DNA of 64,000 bases from Selaginella moellendorffii (taxonomy: Eukaryota; Plantae; Lycopodiophyta). This document shows positions 1-12,399 of the stretch, in pieces. Made by a program: the position numbers and the translations under genes. Location: positions 1,082,365 to 1,146,364 of the forward strand of contig NW_003314319.1 of the NCBI RefSeq assembly GCF_000143415.4, given 5' to 3'. Each line of letters opens with the position of its first letter. The first letter of the stretch is position 1. Below the pieces are notes generated by a model. The model made no database searches. It was not told the DNA's origin and saw only the letters and a program-made list of their open reading frames with translations.

Positions 1-110
1 GAAGAATCGCTTGGAACAGGTCCGGAAGTTTCGAATCAAAGAAATGGCAAGGGCGATGGAACAACGAGCGCTGGGGCGTGGGCGATCCGATCGCGCAGCT
101 CGCCGCCAAG

Positions 111-647
111 CCCGCTTGCAACTACAAGTAGTGTCTATCTGGAGCTGGAGGAGAGCTTGGCGAAGCACTTGGCTGGAGATCTCAGCGAAGAAACAGGCAT
201 CAACTTCGCGGACAGTCGTGTTTTCAGTCTCAGCCCTGCTCCAAGTCGGGTGTTCGCGTCCTCCTCAGGCTCTCTTTTGCTGGCACACACAGCGAGCTTG
301 ATCTCGGCATCACTTGGACAGCCCCGGTGGATTGGTCTCCGGCTCGGGCTCAGTTCTACACAAGCTGGTACTTGGCTGGCAGCGGGAATGCAAGGGGATC
401 CATCGTGATTTCGTTTCGGGCAAATGATGGTTCTTCCCGGGACTGTTACTCTCCAGGCATCGAGGCAGGCGAGGATGATACCGAGGTATGTTCGTTTGAA
501 TGGCCACACGCTACAGGTTTCGTTGGATTGCCGAAACGTGGAGTTTTGGGACTGATGAGATTCACACCAGCAGAAGATCGCAAAGCTCCTGCGGCTGTGG
601 AGATTGCTCAGCGAGTTTCTATTGCAACCCAGGCCATAACTCTTGAC
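111..647 (+). pseudogene. PIG-T: Frameshifted internal fragment of GPI transamidase subunit PIG-T/GPI16 in cassette A
   Basis: Translates PLATTSSVYLELE...SELDLGITWTAPVDWS...FYTSWYLAGSGNARGSIVISF...MRFTPAEDRKAPAAVEI. This is colinear with plant Gpi16 motifs as I recall them (C-x-LAKSSNVYL, DLGLTWK, SRFLMGSGNERGAIAI). A frameshift lies near 285 and both ends of the gene are missing. Confidence 0.88.
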
Positions 648-825
648 GATCCATTACCACGATGATCGATTCACAACCCAAGAGGGGGCTTTGCCAAGGA
701 CGAAACGCCGAGCAGCACGAATGCGGGGGATAATCTCGTCTGGTGGGCGATCTAACAAAAACGCCATGGATTTCGCAAAGACCCCTGTCATATGGTTCAA
801 GTACATGGTATGATTTTTTTATTAC

Positions 826-912
826 GGGAACCCGGTTGCCGAGATGATGGCTATCAGGTAAGTGTAGAGGTAAACCGTTGTAGAAGACCCGGGTTCGATG
901 CCGAAGGGTCCA
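826..912 (+). ncRNA. Degenerate tRNA-like unit (also 20754-20840-, 34702-34788+, 55169-55255-)
   Basis: A-box-like GGTTGCCGAGATG, B-box/T-arm GACCCGGGTTCGATGCCG, partly pairing ends GGAACCC/GGGTCCA, and TTTT at 925-928. No clean anticodon arm. Confidence 0.35.
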
Positions 913-984
913 CTCAACAAGGACTTTTATGCAAAAATTTTGCTAAATAAGGAGCCATTATTCTGGTTCGCCGGCTCACAAAAA

Positions 985-1053
985 CAGCTTAGACCAGTCA
1001 TTTAGGACATCGGTCTCCCAAAACAAACGTTTCGGGTTCGATTCTCTTCCCGA
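985..1053 (+). ncRNA. Second degenerate tRNA-like unit (also 20613-20681-, 34861-34929+, 55028-55096-)
   Basis: TAGACCAGTCATTTAGGACATCGGTCT(C/T)CCAAAAC...CGGGTTCGATTCTC has tRNA-like spacing of D-arm, anticodon loop and B-box, but the stems are broken. Confidence 0.33.
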
Positions 1054-1179
1054 TATTTGTAAATACCAAATACTGAATCATCGTCGATCATCAATGCGGA
1101 TGCTCTGGCATCGCGACGCTGGAGTTGCGCAGATTGACGTGGGCAAGCTGGAGACTGCGGCGGCTGTGATAATCCATTT

Positions 1180-1530
1180 CCTGGCCTATCGGCGCAGCGG
1201 CGGCTCCAGCCCTGGCAGCTGATTCTCTTGTCTCGTCTGATTCCATTGACAAGACATGATCGATCGCAGTCGCTCCTCCTCCTCCTCGCAGTGTAGCTTT
1301 CTCGACGCTGACCTTGTGTTTGGCGCCCTGGCGGCGGGATACGTTTTCAGGGACCAAGGTTGAGAGGTATGAACTTCCAGAGAAGTAGACTTTGTAAGCT
1401 TTCGGTGTGATCTTTCCAGGTTCAGGGCTGTGCTTGGAGCATCGACGCCACACATTCACCATCCATTCCTGTCACGAACAGGCAATTCCATCCTCAGGCA
1501 GCTCAAGTGGACGAAGTTCTCCATGTGCCT
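1180..1530 (+). pseudogene. Unidentified spliced gene fragment in cassette A
   Basis: GC-rich segment with a 53-nt GT-AG intron candidate (1367-1419). The spliced frame reads ...TFSGTKVER|FRAVLGASTPHIHHPFLSRTGNSILRQLKW. Upstream stops are present and I do not recognise the product. Confidence 0.35.
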
Positions 1531-3253
1531 GGTGGGTTTGGGGGAATCAAACAAGCCCGCTTTTTCTCGGAGAGACTGCCGTCCTGCCCGAGCTTGATAC
1601 TCCTCCCGATTTTAGCACCCAAAAATCACCCCGATTCTTGAGACGCATCAAGGATATTTACTAGCCAGACTTCCATGGTGCATTGATCTGCCACAGGAGA
1701 ACTAAATCTCTCGTACCTCTTGATTATTGCTAGTGAGAGCAGCAGGAGCTTGATGGTGCAGAACTACCACTTTCTGTTCTATCTGGAAGCGTCCCAGTTG
1801 TCACCGCACCAAATGCCACGAACTTTCAATTGTTATCTAGGGCATAAAATGAGTAACTATCACAAATATTCTTTTGCATAGCTCGAACCAAGGCACCACT
1901 GGACTACTGATCTTTCATAACATTATTAAGAAAGGAAGGCTTTAATGTGAAAAAAGCATGATCTTGTCCATAACCAATAAGAGGTGGGATAGAGGATCAG
2001 CAAGCAATCCCAAAGTGTATGCAACATTTCTACTTCCATATTTTTTATGCTAGAACCAGTGCATCTTAGATTCTTTGACAAGGAGAGGCACTAAAATAGC
2101 ATCAAACTTGTAAATAGGTACTGTGCATCACCTTGACCACATCAAAATAAAAACTAATACTGTGTTGATCTCTGGAAATTGAAGAGTAGTATAAAAAAGG
2201 CTTTTCATAGATAACAAATTTTCTTGCATTTCTGGGACATGCATATAGTGCCATTTGTTAAACTCAATGAGAATAGAACCAACACCTTTAGCCTCATAGA
2301 ATTTTGCATTGGTGACTCCACAATGGGTACTGGTGTAGGCAAGTCTACCAATTGAACAAAATTTACTTAATTTCTTGACATTCAAAATTATTGAATACAT
2401 TGTCCTATTGAAGGGTGAGCCAATAAATATATATACTTCTAGATGGTGTAAGCCTTAATCAAGTATATGTTATTAGTTCTAATATTTGTGAATTTGAGAT
2501 TTTATGGCTTAACTCTTTCTAGATTATACCATTTAAGGAGGTTTATTTATCCTATGCAAAGATTCTTCCTATTTAACAAGTAGTTTGACTTTATTGTTTA
2601 CAACAATGTCATTGCAATTGTCTTCTAAGACAATTGACTTTGTTGTAGTTGTTAAACTAGAAACTCTATATATTTACTCATTTTCTATTTTAGATTACAA
2701 TTAATTTAAAAAGTTAGAACAAGGATTAACTATTATATTCATTTTAAAAGGAACTTTTATATATATATTTAAATTTTATAATTTATTTTTGCTTTAGATA
2801 ATTGTAAACATAACAATTATATCATAAATTTATTTATTTTATATAATAAATTTAAAGTTTATAAAATTTTATTTAGGTACTCCAATGAAGTTTTAATGGT
2901 ATGGCATTTAGAAAAAGCAGTAAGAATATATCAATTTTTACTCTTTAGTGAAATTTCATAAACACTGAAAACATATATTGTGTTATAACATTACAAAGAT
3001 AGGTAATAACTCCTTATTCTACTGTTGAAAAACCACTCAAATATGTTAACAATATCATAAATGTTATCACAACAATATAAACATTTAATAATATAAGCTT
3101 TCAAGATTATTTTTTAATTTTTTATATTATGCATATCTTCAATTGAGAAAGAGTTTATTAAAAAAATTTATATATATACATTCAATATTAGATTTATAAA
3201 TATAATTCTTGTATATATTGTTATTAAGTTAAAATTTAATATTAAATATTTTT

Positions 3254-6200
3254 TGTGAGGGCCAAGTGTACGGCTATGATGCTATATAATAATATTAGCG
3301 TAGTAGGATTTTAGTAGCTGTTAGATTGATTTCAATCCAGATCACTCGCTCTTATATATAAATTAGGGTTTATGGGTTAATTGATATGTAATCTTTTGAT
3401 TATCCCTGAGGATTGTTTGGATTTGGGATTTTGGTTTACATCTAGGTTTTTCCATTTGTTTTTTCCCTTCAGGATTTTGGTTTAGATTTAGCTTTTTGCA
3501 TTATCTAGATCTCCATTTCCTTCTAGGTTTTGTCATTCCTCTTCTTTCACTCTTTCCTTTTTGTTCATCTTCATAGCAAATCAGCAATCTCCTCCTTTGA
3601 GTTAGTACAATTGCTTGATGCTATGTGTTTACAATTGAACAACCAAACTCAGTTGATAGCGGCATTCATGGCACGTGGTACAACTTCTCCTGCTCTTGGT
3701 GCCAATCCTCGCATTTAGTTGGAGTTTTTTCGTGGGAATCTGTAAGCTCCTGAGATTGGACTTCCTGGGAGGTCACTCAGCCCAATACTATTCAAACCCA
3801 AGGACGCTTAACTCCAACTATCCCAAGACCCTTAACCGATTGGAAAAAGGGGTGCACTCTTGTTCATGGGCCCTTTCCCTTTATATTTGAACCCCATGGA
3901 TCGTCTCTCGAGTCGTTCCCTTTGGTTGCTTACAATCCACCACGCTTCCCTACAAGTTCATGCCCTCGTGAACGGAAGCTAAGAGCCGCAGCTCTCTCGA
4001 GAGCCCTACTCTCTTGACACCCTACCCCTCGGGTCGAGCCTAGCAAGAGCAAACTAGACCAGCCAAATGTCAATCAATATGTGGTGGGGAATCTTCCCCT
4101 AAGCCAACCAACAGAGTCAGACCCGAGACCGCTCCGATACCAAATGTAAGCTTCTTGTGTACTATTGGTTCAATCACTTCACAGTGATTGCCACATATCA
4201 TTCTTGGGATGATACTCAACATTTGCATGAGTTTCCCACATGTCTCCAAGGGACGGCGTTGCAGTGGTACAATGGTTTGAGTGCAGCCACTTGTGGGGAT
4301 TGGAGTGTTCTCCTGGACATCTTCAAATGCACATTTGGACATGCCGACGATTGTGATGATGCCTTCCAACAATTACATCATCTTCGCCAAGGGCCATTTG
4401 AGTCGGTGATGCAATTTGGCTTTTGTTTCCGAAGTCTTTTGCTTTGTGCAGAGCCAAATATGTCGGAGCGGATTAAGCTAGGAATGTTGTGGCCAGCACT
4501 TCATCAAGATCTTGTTGGACTTATGCATGCACTTGCTCCAGCAACTCTTGACGATGTTTTTCGCTTGGCACAACATTATGAAATGTCGCCTCGTCCACTT
4601 CTTGCTGGCCATCCTTCTGCTCCTCTTCCTGTAGGCAATGGTTCTGTTCTAATGGAGGTTGGTGGTGCTGCTGCTCGAGTCCAAGGACAAGGGCAAGGAT
4701 GTGGTCATGGCCATGACGTTTGTTGTTGGGCATATGATGAAGTTGGGCATACCTATTGGCATTGTTAGCGTTTTTCGGATTGGCAACCTCCATTTCCTGG
4801 GTGGAGACTTTAGCATCAACAACATCCTATTGGTGTTGCTGTAGTGGAAGGTCTAGACACTACAATGCATCCGGGAAACAAAAAGTTGCGCTAGTAATGG
4901 AGGGACCTTGCGCAAATAATTCAATGACCCCTCCATCTTTCTTTTGGGAGTATCATCAAGGGGTTCACTCGGCATCGGTTCATTCAGTGTTTATTTTCCA
5001 AACTTGTTTTTATAACAAGAGGTCTCCTATTATTCTCTCTATATTGGTTGATACAGATTCGAGTTTATCTTCTATTGCTCAACCTATTGCCACAAGTTGC
5101 CGTTTACACTTGCGTCATGCGGCATAACCAGTTTTCATTCTTTATGGCAACAGCCGTACACATGCATGTGCATGGGATGAGGCGGACCTAGTGTGTGTGT
5201 GGGTGATCTTGAGCTTGAGTTGCAATCCTTGCGGGTGGTGCCGAGTCAAGCTTTCGACCTCATCCTTGGTATGGATTAGTTGCAGTGCAATCATGCTAAA
5301 TGTGACTTTGATGCTTCTCCCCCTTGTTTCATACTTTCTTATGTTTCATCCATTCCTCTCACTTTTGTACCTCTTCGTCCCTCTATTTCTACTTCTGCTT
5401 CCATTACTTTTGTTCCCCTATTATTTCCTTCTATGTTTCCGTCTTGTTCTTCTCTTCCCTTTTCCAGTCCCTTCAACAATCTTTGTGTTGCAGCGGTTGA
5501 CTAGCTTATGAAGGAGTATTCTGATCTCTTTGACTTTGACACATCGTCTGGGGCCAAGATTGCCACACGTCATTCAATTCCAAATAGGGATACTCGTTTA
5601 ATCAAGGTTCCTGTTCGTTGTCGGTCACCCAAAGAGATCAAGATTTTACACGCAAATATTAAAGAAATGTTAGAGAAGGGTGTTATTCGGAAGTCGCAAT
5701 GTCCTTGGGTATGTGAACCTTATCTTGTGACGAAGCCTGATGGGAGTATTCGTTTATGCATCGACTATCATCCGTTAAACGAAGTGACGTTCCCAGATGT
5801 GTACCCTCTTCTTCACACTGCTGATCTTTTGGATTGTCTAAGGCGAAGTCATTAGTTCACCAAGCTAGATCTTGCTTCTGGGTACTGGCAAGTACCAATA
5901 GCTGAAGAAGATATTCCTTAGACTGCTTTTCGTATACCATTTAGATTGTATGAGTTCTTGGTGATGCCGTTTGGTTCGTGACGTTGGTTTAAAGCTGAAG
6001 TGGTCAAAGTGCGTGTTTGGTTCCAAAGACACAACTTATCTTGGGTACTATATTTCTCGTGAGGGTTTGCAAATTGATCTTGACAAACTTGTGGCTGTTC
6101 TAAAGTTCCCTACTCTGAAGTGTGTAAATGATGTGTAGTGCTTTTTGGGCAAGGTGCAGTATCTCAGTCGCTTTGTGGATCATCTTTTTGATCGCACTGC

Positions 6201-7896
6201 ACCATTGCGAGCGTTGCTGGAGTCATCAACATCATCTTTCATCTGGCCTCCGGATTGTCAGCAGGCATTCATGGATCTCAAAGAGCTATTGACGACTCTT
6301 CCAGTTTTGGCATATCCTGACTATACTCGACCTTTTATTTTGCACATGGATGCTTTTGACATTAGTGTTGGAGAAGTGTTGATGCAAGAAAGCTTGAGTG
6401 TGCTTTGTCAGTGCCATCCCATTGTGTATATAAGCCATACATTACAACCAGCGAAGATGAACTACTCCACAATAGAGAAGGAGTGTTTAGCAACACTCTG
6501 GGGTTTTGAGAAACTTCAGGCATATCTACATGGTTCTTGGACATTACTTGAAGGTGACCATGCTGCCGTCACTTCATTAGTGAAATGGAAGAACTTCGTT
6601 AGTCGTACTGCTAGGTGGGCATATGGGACATCATCGTGTAACTAAGAAGCTGCACAGGTTTTCTATTGGCCGAAGATGTGACATGATGTTATCCGGTATG
6701 TGCATAGCTGCATTTGGTGCTAAACTCGTAATATTCCCCCTCGTGTTGTGGAAGGACGGTTGGAGTCAATTACAATTTCCCGTCCATTTGAGTTGGTGGA
6801 ATTTGATCTTATGGGACATTTCTATAGTCGATTGCTGGCAATGAGTATGTTATTATTGTTTTTGACTACTCGACTCGTTGGGTGGAAGTCGGTGCTCTTG
6901 CTAGCACCTTTGCAACTGTTGTTGGATACTTCCTCCTCAATCAAGTGGTGTTCCAGCATTCTTGTCTAGAGCAGATTCTTTCGGATAATGGTTGCACATT
7001 TATAGTTGAGGCATTTCATGTTCTGACGTCTCAATTGGGGATATGTCACACTTTCACGAGTGCTTATCATCCATAATCAGATGTTTTAGAGGAACGGCTT
7101 GTTCGGACATTCAAAAGGATGATTGCAAAGTATATGAACTTTTAGCATTCGGATTGGGATGGTTATTTGCCGTCTCTTTGGTATACATATGTCACAGGGG
7201 TGCAGAGTTCTATTGGTGCTTCACCATATAAACTCTTATATGGTCATGATCTAGTATTACCAATGGAGCTGGGTTTACTGTCGCAATTGCCACGAGCTAC
7301 CGATGCTAGGTCGTGGGATCAGTATTTGATAAGCATTCTTCCACTTGTCTGAGTAGAGTTTGCTGAACACTTAGGCCGCATACAAGTGGGACAATAACAG
7401 CACTAACACTCCCATCATTGTCCACTTGTGGAGTACAAAGTGGATGATTTAGTGTTAATTTGTTTTCCCCATCTTACGGTACATGGTTTATCTAAGGGGC
7501 TCCTTGCACAATGGAAAGGACCGTATCGGGTGTTGTGGCAAGTTGAACCACAAGTTTATGAGGTTCGGCATGACATCTAGCAGGTTGATCCTCCAGAGAT
7601 TATACATGTGCAGCGGTTGAAACGCTTTATACAAAGAGATCAGGAGCAGTTAATACCATCTATACATCTGCCAATGCCTCCTCCTAATGTTCCTCTAGAT
7701 CCCAGCCCGTCTACAAGAGAACCCTAATGATCTTCCATTATTCTGAGAGGAGGGGATGATGTGAGGGCCAAGTGTATAGCTATGATGCCATATACTAATA
7801 TTAACGTAGTGAGATTTTGGTACCCGTCAGATTGGTTTCAATTTGGACCATTCACTCTTGTATATAAGTTAGGGTTTTTGGGTTAATTGATATGCA
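3254..7896 (+). mobile_element. Decayed Ty3/gypsy LTR retrotransposon
   Basis: Diverged 137-bp direct repeats at 3254-3390 and 7760-7896 start TGTGAGGGCC. PPT gagaggagggga at about 7746-7756. Domain order: gag (4157-4768, decayed zinc knuckle), protease (LVDT near 5045), RT (KPDGSIRLCIDY, 5508-5980), RNase H (YSTIEKECLA, 6145-6620), integrase (ILSDNG, TSAYHP, SPYKLLYG), then GPY motif near 7520. Many stops and frameshifts. Confidence 0.93.
3741..4155 (-). mobile_element. TRIM family 2 nested antisense in the gypsy leader (5' LTR reduced to about 11 bp)
   Basis: On the minus strand: LTR end ...gcttaca, tRNA-iMet-type PBS TGGTATCGGAGC (4142-4131), about 125 bp of non-coding interior, PPT GAGGGGTAGGG, then a 279-bp LTR TGTCA...TTACA (4019-3741). 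Confidence 0.8.
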
Positions 7897-7973
7897 TATT
7901 TTCTGTATTCTCTTTCCATATTCCATGCACTCACAATTTAGCAACTTTATTATTATTAAAATGTTTATAAATG

Positions 7974-8783
7974 ATAAGTGATAACTGCGGACGGCAGATC
8001 AAATCCACGGTTTGCATTTAGAGGATGATCGTCGATGTGAAGAAATCCCTACATGAATGGAACAGCATCATCAAGATCCCTTCCAAAGCAACCAGCAATA
8101 TCACAAACCTTGTCAAAGTTACAGCATGGGTTGCAATAGAAACTTGCAAAGGAACCTCCACAGCAGCAGGAGCTTTGCAATCTTCTGCCGGTGTGAATCT
8201 CATCAGTCTAACCATGGATCAAAACTCCACATTTCGGCCATCCAACAAAGCCTTTAGCGCGTGGCCATACAAATGAACAAACCATGGTATTATCTGGAGG
8301 ATCATAATGTCAACGTAGTCGACTGCCTTGATACCTGAAGAGTAACAGTTTCGAGAAGAACCATCATTTGCTCGAAACGAAATGATGATGGATCCCCTTG
8401 CATTCCCGCTGCCAGCCAAATACCGGCTTGTGTAGAACCGAGACCAATCCACCCGGGCTTTCCAAGTGACTACAAGATCAAGCTCGCTGTTCATGCCAGC
8501 TTCATACTCAAGTAAAAGAGAGCCTGAAGAGGAGGCAAGCACCTGACTTGGAGCAGAGCTGACTATTGTCCATGAAGTTGATGCCTATTTCTTCACTGAG
8601 ATCTCTAGCCAAGTGCTTCGCCAAGCTCTCCTCCAGCTCTAGATAGACACTACTTGTAGTTGCAAGCGGGCACTTGCCTTCCAGCTTTGAGCGAAACATC
8701 CTGGAGAGTGTCCAGCCTTGCAGCTTGGATGACAGATCTTCTGAAACTGCTAGCTTTTGCAAAACAACTGTCAAGGTTAACAT
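7974..8783 (-). pseudogene. PIG-T: Longer, diverged, intron-containing PIG-T/GPI16 pseudogene fragment
   Basis: LTLTVVLQ...GWTLSRMFRSKLEGKCPLATTSSVYLELE...SRYLAGSGNARGSI...LQIIPWFVHLYGHAL, then a 60-nt GT-AG intron (8108-8049) and GFLHIDDHPLNANRGFDLPS, matching the Gpi16 signature KGFL..EYPPDAN.GFD. It has frameshifts and an internal stop. Confidence 0.92.
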
Positions 8784-8809
8784 CCAATTTTGAATATTAA
8801 GGCTATTGG

Positions 8810-11157
8810 GATGAAAAAAAATTTAATCAACTTATACAAAAATAACAAGATCGTTAGTATTACTACATTTTTATAGTATCCATTGCAATGACAAAAATCC
8901 ATAGTTCATACCTATCACTATATATCATTAGTATTAGCTATGATTTATTTGATTCATTTATTTTTTAAAATTACACCTTATAAATCTTTATCATTTATAT
9001 GTATTTTCTTAACAATGTAGGTATCATGTATAGTGAAATCATTGTAGAGAAATAGTTTATGTTTTTCTTAGAAAAACTTGCAAGGTGGTGAGTGACTTTA
9101 CCTAATGTAATCTATAAATCATGTAATTTTATTTTGAAATCACAACTTTGGGAATATTGTCTCATATGCAAGTTTGTCTTCAAATCAAAGTAGCTAATGC
9201 AGTAGCAAAACATTAGCACATTAGATGAGTTGCAATGATTAGCTACTATAGTTTTCACTTCTAGTTCTATCATTACCTAATCACTAAAGGATTAGAATTT
9301 CTTTACCACAAATTAGGCCATCATGAAAAGCACTCTAAAGAAAGTGTTATACATTGTCATATTCCTTTAGCTGGTTTTTGTAATACAAACATAGAAATGT
9401 ACAACAAATTTAATAAAGATTTTATATGTGCTACAATGACACAAGATATGAATCTTCCCTTTTCCTTTGAGACCATTGATAAGTTTCATATGCTACTAAG
9501 TTATTTCTCATAAAAGCAAGAACAACAATATGGTTAAAGCTTTCAAAGTTTCTTCTTCTGTTAGTTATTTTGAATTTAGTGCTGAGAAGTCCATAGAATA
9601 TATATATATATGGATGTACTAGTTATTAATTTACAAGGATTAAGTTCAAAGCAAAGGGAGTCTTTGGCTACAAAATACACTAGCAATGCAAAGGTGTGCA
9701 ATCTTAAAGTAGTGGCACAAATTCCACATTTGCAATTATAAGGATGAACACAATCCTAATAGATTCTAGAACTCTATTGTCTCCATTAAAAATTTAAATT
9801 TTTTGTACCAAATAACAAAGAATAATATATACTAAGCAAATGTATCTACCACCTTGTTAATAAAGATAAAATAGAACTAAGCTATGTGAGTTTTCTAGGA
9901 AAAGTGATTCCATATCAAGGATTGTGCCAAATTCCTAAAATTTGCTGCCTTTGTTTTTAAAGTGCTAATCCTTTGTTCTAACTTTTTAAATTAATTATAA
10001 TGAACAAAAAATTTATTACATGGATTGCCCATGGATAATTTTATATTGGGAATAGAGTTATATTTCACCAATGAGCATGATGAAATCCAAATTACAATAT
10101 CCCTTGTGTATCGAAAATTACAAATGAAAGGTTTAACTTACCTCGATTGCAATTTAGTGGGTGCTAGTTGAAACTAGCAAGGATCTGAGCTCTACTAAGA
10201 AAAGTAGAATTGCAAAGTTTTAGATGATATTTATTTAGGTTATATGATATTAATACTATTGAAAGTTAAATAGTAAATGGAAACTGTAAGTCAGTTTTTA
10301 TGAAAATGGAGCAATGCATAATTGAATTGTATCATAGAAAGTATCTGTAAGAGAAATAAATTCACCAATTATGAATATGGAATCTGTTGGTAAAGAAAGA
10401 AATTTTAATCAACTTATGGAACAATAAAAAGATCCTGTTATTATTACTACATGTTTTATACTATTCATTGCAATGACAAAAATCCATAGTTTATAATTAT
10501 TAGCTATGATTAGTATTTGATTAAAAATTTTGAAAAATCACATCTTATAAATCTTTATCATTTCTACATATTTTTTTAACAATGTAGATATCTAATATAG
10601 TGAAATTATCCTAGAGAAATAATTTATGTTTTTCTTAGAAAAATTTGCAAGCTGGTGAGTGACTTTACCTATGTAATTTATATATCATGTCATCTTATTT
10701 TGAAAGCCAATTTGTCTGAAATATTGTCTCATATGTGATAAAGTTGTCTTTAAATCAAAATAAACTAATGCACAAGCAAAACATTTGGATGAGTTTCAAT
10801 CATTGGATAATGTAGTCTTCACTTCCAGTTCTACTGTTATCTAATCACCAAATTAGAATTTATTGATCACAAATCAGGCCATCACTACTAAAAACACTTT
10901 AAAGAAAGCATTATACTTCTTTTTGCAATACAAACATAGGAATATAAAATAAATGCAATAAAGATTTTATATGTGCTACAAGGATATAAGATATAGTTGT
11001 TCTCTTTTCTTTTGACAGTATTTATAAATGTGCTACTAAATTGTTTCTAAAATAGGTAAGAACAACTACATGCTTAAAGTTTTCAAAGTTTCTCTTGCTA
11101 TTAGCTATCTTATTTTAGTGTTGAGAAGTCCATAAAATATATTTATATATACTAGTT
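8810..11157 (+). repeat. Old diverged direct duplication of about 0.8 kb (8810-9625 and 10390-11157); mirrored at about 44475-46820
   Basis: Colinear shared blocks such as cattgcaatgacaaaaatccatagtt and ggtgagtgactttaccta. AT-rich and possibly decayed exons. Confidence 0.8.
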
Positions 11158-12399
11158 ATGGGGATGGTCCAAAGTTGAGTTGAGCTCAATTCAACACAAG
11201 TCAACTCAAGTCAACATAATCAATTAGAAGTCTTACAAAGGAAATATAAATTGAACAAATGAAGGTTCTAACAAACTTTAAAATATTTAAATACGTAAAT
11301 ATTTGAGTTAAAAGTTTCTATAAGATTGAATTGTTTAAAAAAGACAAAGTTCAGAAGAATCTATCTTTTATAAAGCTATATTATTTTATTATGACTATTG
11401 TTACAGTTGTTATATTTTGATTTGACTACTTAATATTTTGAATATTTTTATAGTTGTAGATACTATTCCTTCATTCAAAAGATTTTTGAGGGTTCTTGAG
11501 AAGATGGGAAGCAAGGAAAATATAAGATGTGTGAGTAACAATTGTAGTGCAAAGGAATGTGAGAATGCTAATTTTGTTTCATTACCACAATCTCCATATT
11601 ACACTCCTATTCGTTTTTACGTTTTTATTACCCATTTGAAAATGTGGAGACCACTATCATGATTGATAAAAATGTTTTTGTTACTTCTGAAACAACAGTT
11701 TAGAGTAAAAGAAATGAAGAAATGAACAGCATGGCAGAAAGCACCAAGAAATCTACTCCATAACACTTTCCATGACATTTGTAATTTAAATATTAATTCA
11801 TATTAAAAACTGTGTTTCCTGCTTATATCACAATCCTCTCATATGATAAGACCAAGATATATTTTTGTAGTGAATCCTCATTAAAAGTTTTCGAGAGTTG
11901 TTTGTGAATAATAATAAAAGAAATTGAAATCTTTCGAAAGACTCAAAAGTAATATCACATCAAAGAATCAACTTTATCTACATTTCCAAGACTGAAAAAC
12001 AATCTCATATAAGGGAATGGTAGCGTGCCAATGTGCTCTGCCACTATAATGTGTTCTATATTTTCCTACAGTCTATTTCTCTAAACATTTGGCATGCGTA
12101 GAAAAGAATATATGTGTAGTAAAGTAGGATTTCATTATAAAGATAAAGCATGTGTATACACGATAATCTAAAATTCTAGAAGCTCTTATGTTTATAAGCA
12201 AGCTATGATTATGAAGCCCCATTTCCAAAACTGACATTTAAAGAATCTGAGTATCGTCAGTGTTATAATAAATAAACCTTATTCCCGAGACTAAAACTTA
12301 GTATATAAACTATCTAGAAAAGTTATAGTCATTATAGTTTTTTTGTTCTCCTTGAGCTCCTTGGAAGTTTGTATTGAAATGGCTCGAAGGAAAGTCACT

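Larger units (their letters stand above)
1..2180 (+). repeat. Cassette A copy 1 (truncated by the window start)
   Basis: Same ORF set as 33887-35552+, 19990-21655- and 54405-56070-. It lacks a 12-bp segment (GGAP in the antisense ORF) present in the other three copies. Confidence 0.93.

Noticed and set aside
135-509. 124-aa and other antisense or alternate-frame ORFs in cassette A, repeated four times
   Set aside because: They are shadows of the PIG-T coding frame. Their conservation reflects recent duplication, not selection.
855-865. ACACTTACCTG on the minus strand, resembling the U1 snRNA 5' end
   Set aside because: No U1 stem-loops or Sm site follow. It is simply the complement of a consensus CAG|GTAAGT donor.
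3249-7901. Target-site duplication for the old gypsy element
   Set aside because: The flanks are T-rich (ttttt vs tattt) but not an exact match, and the LTR 3' boundary is uncertain.
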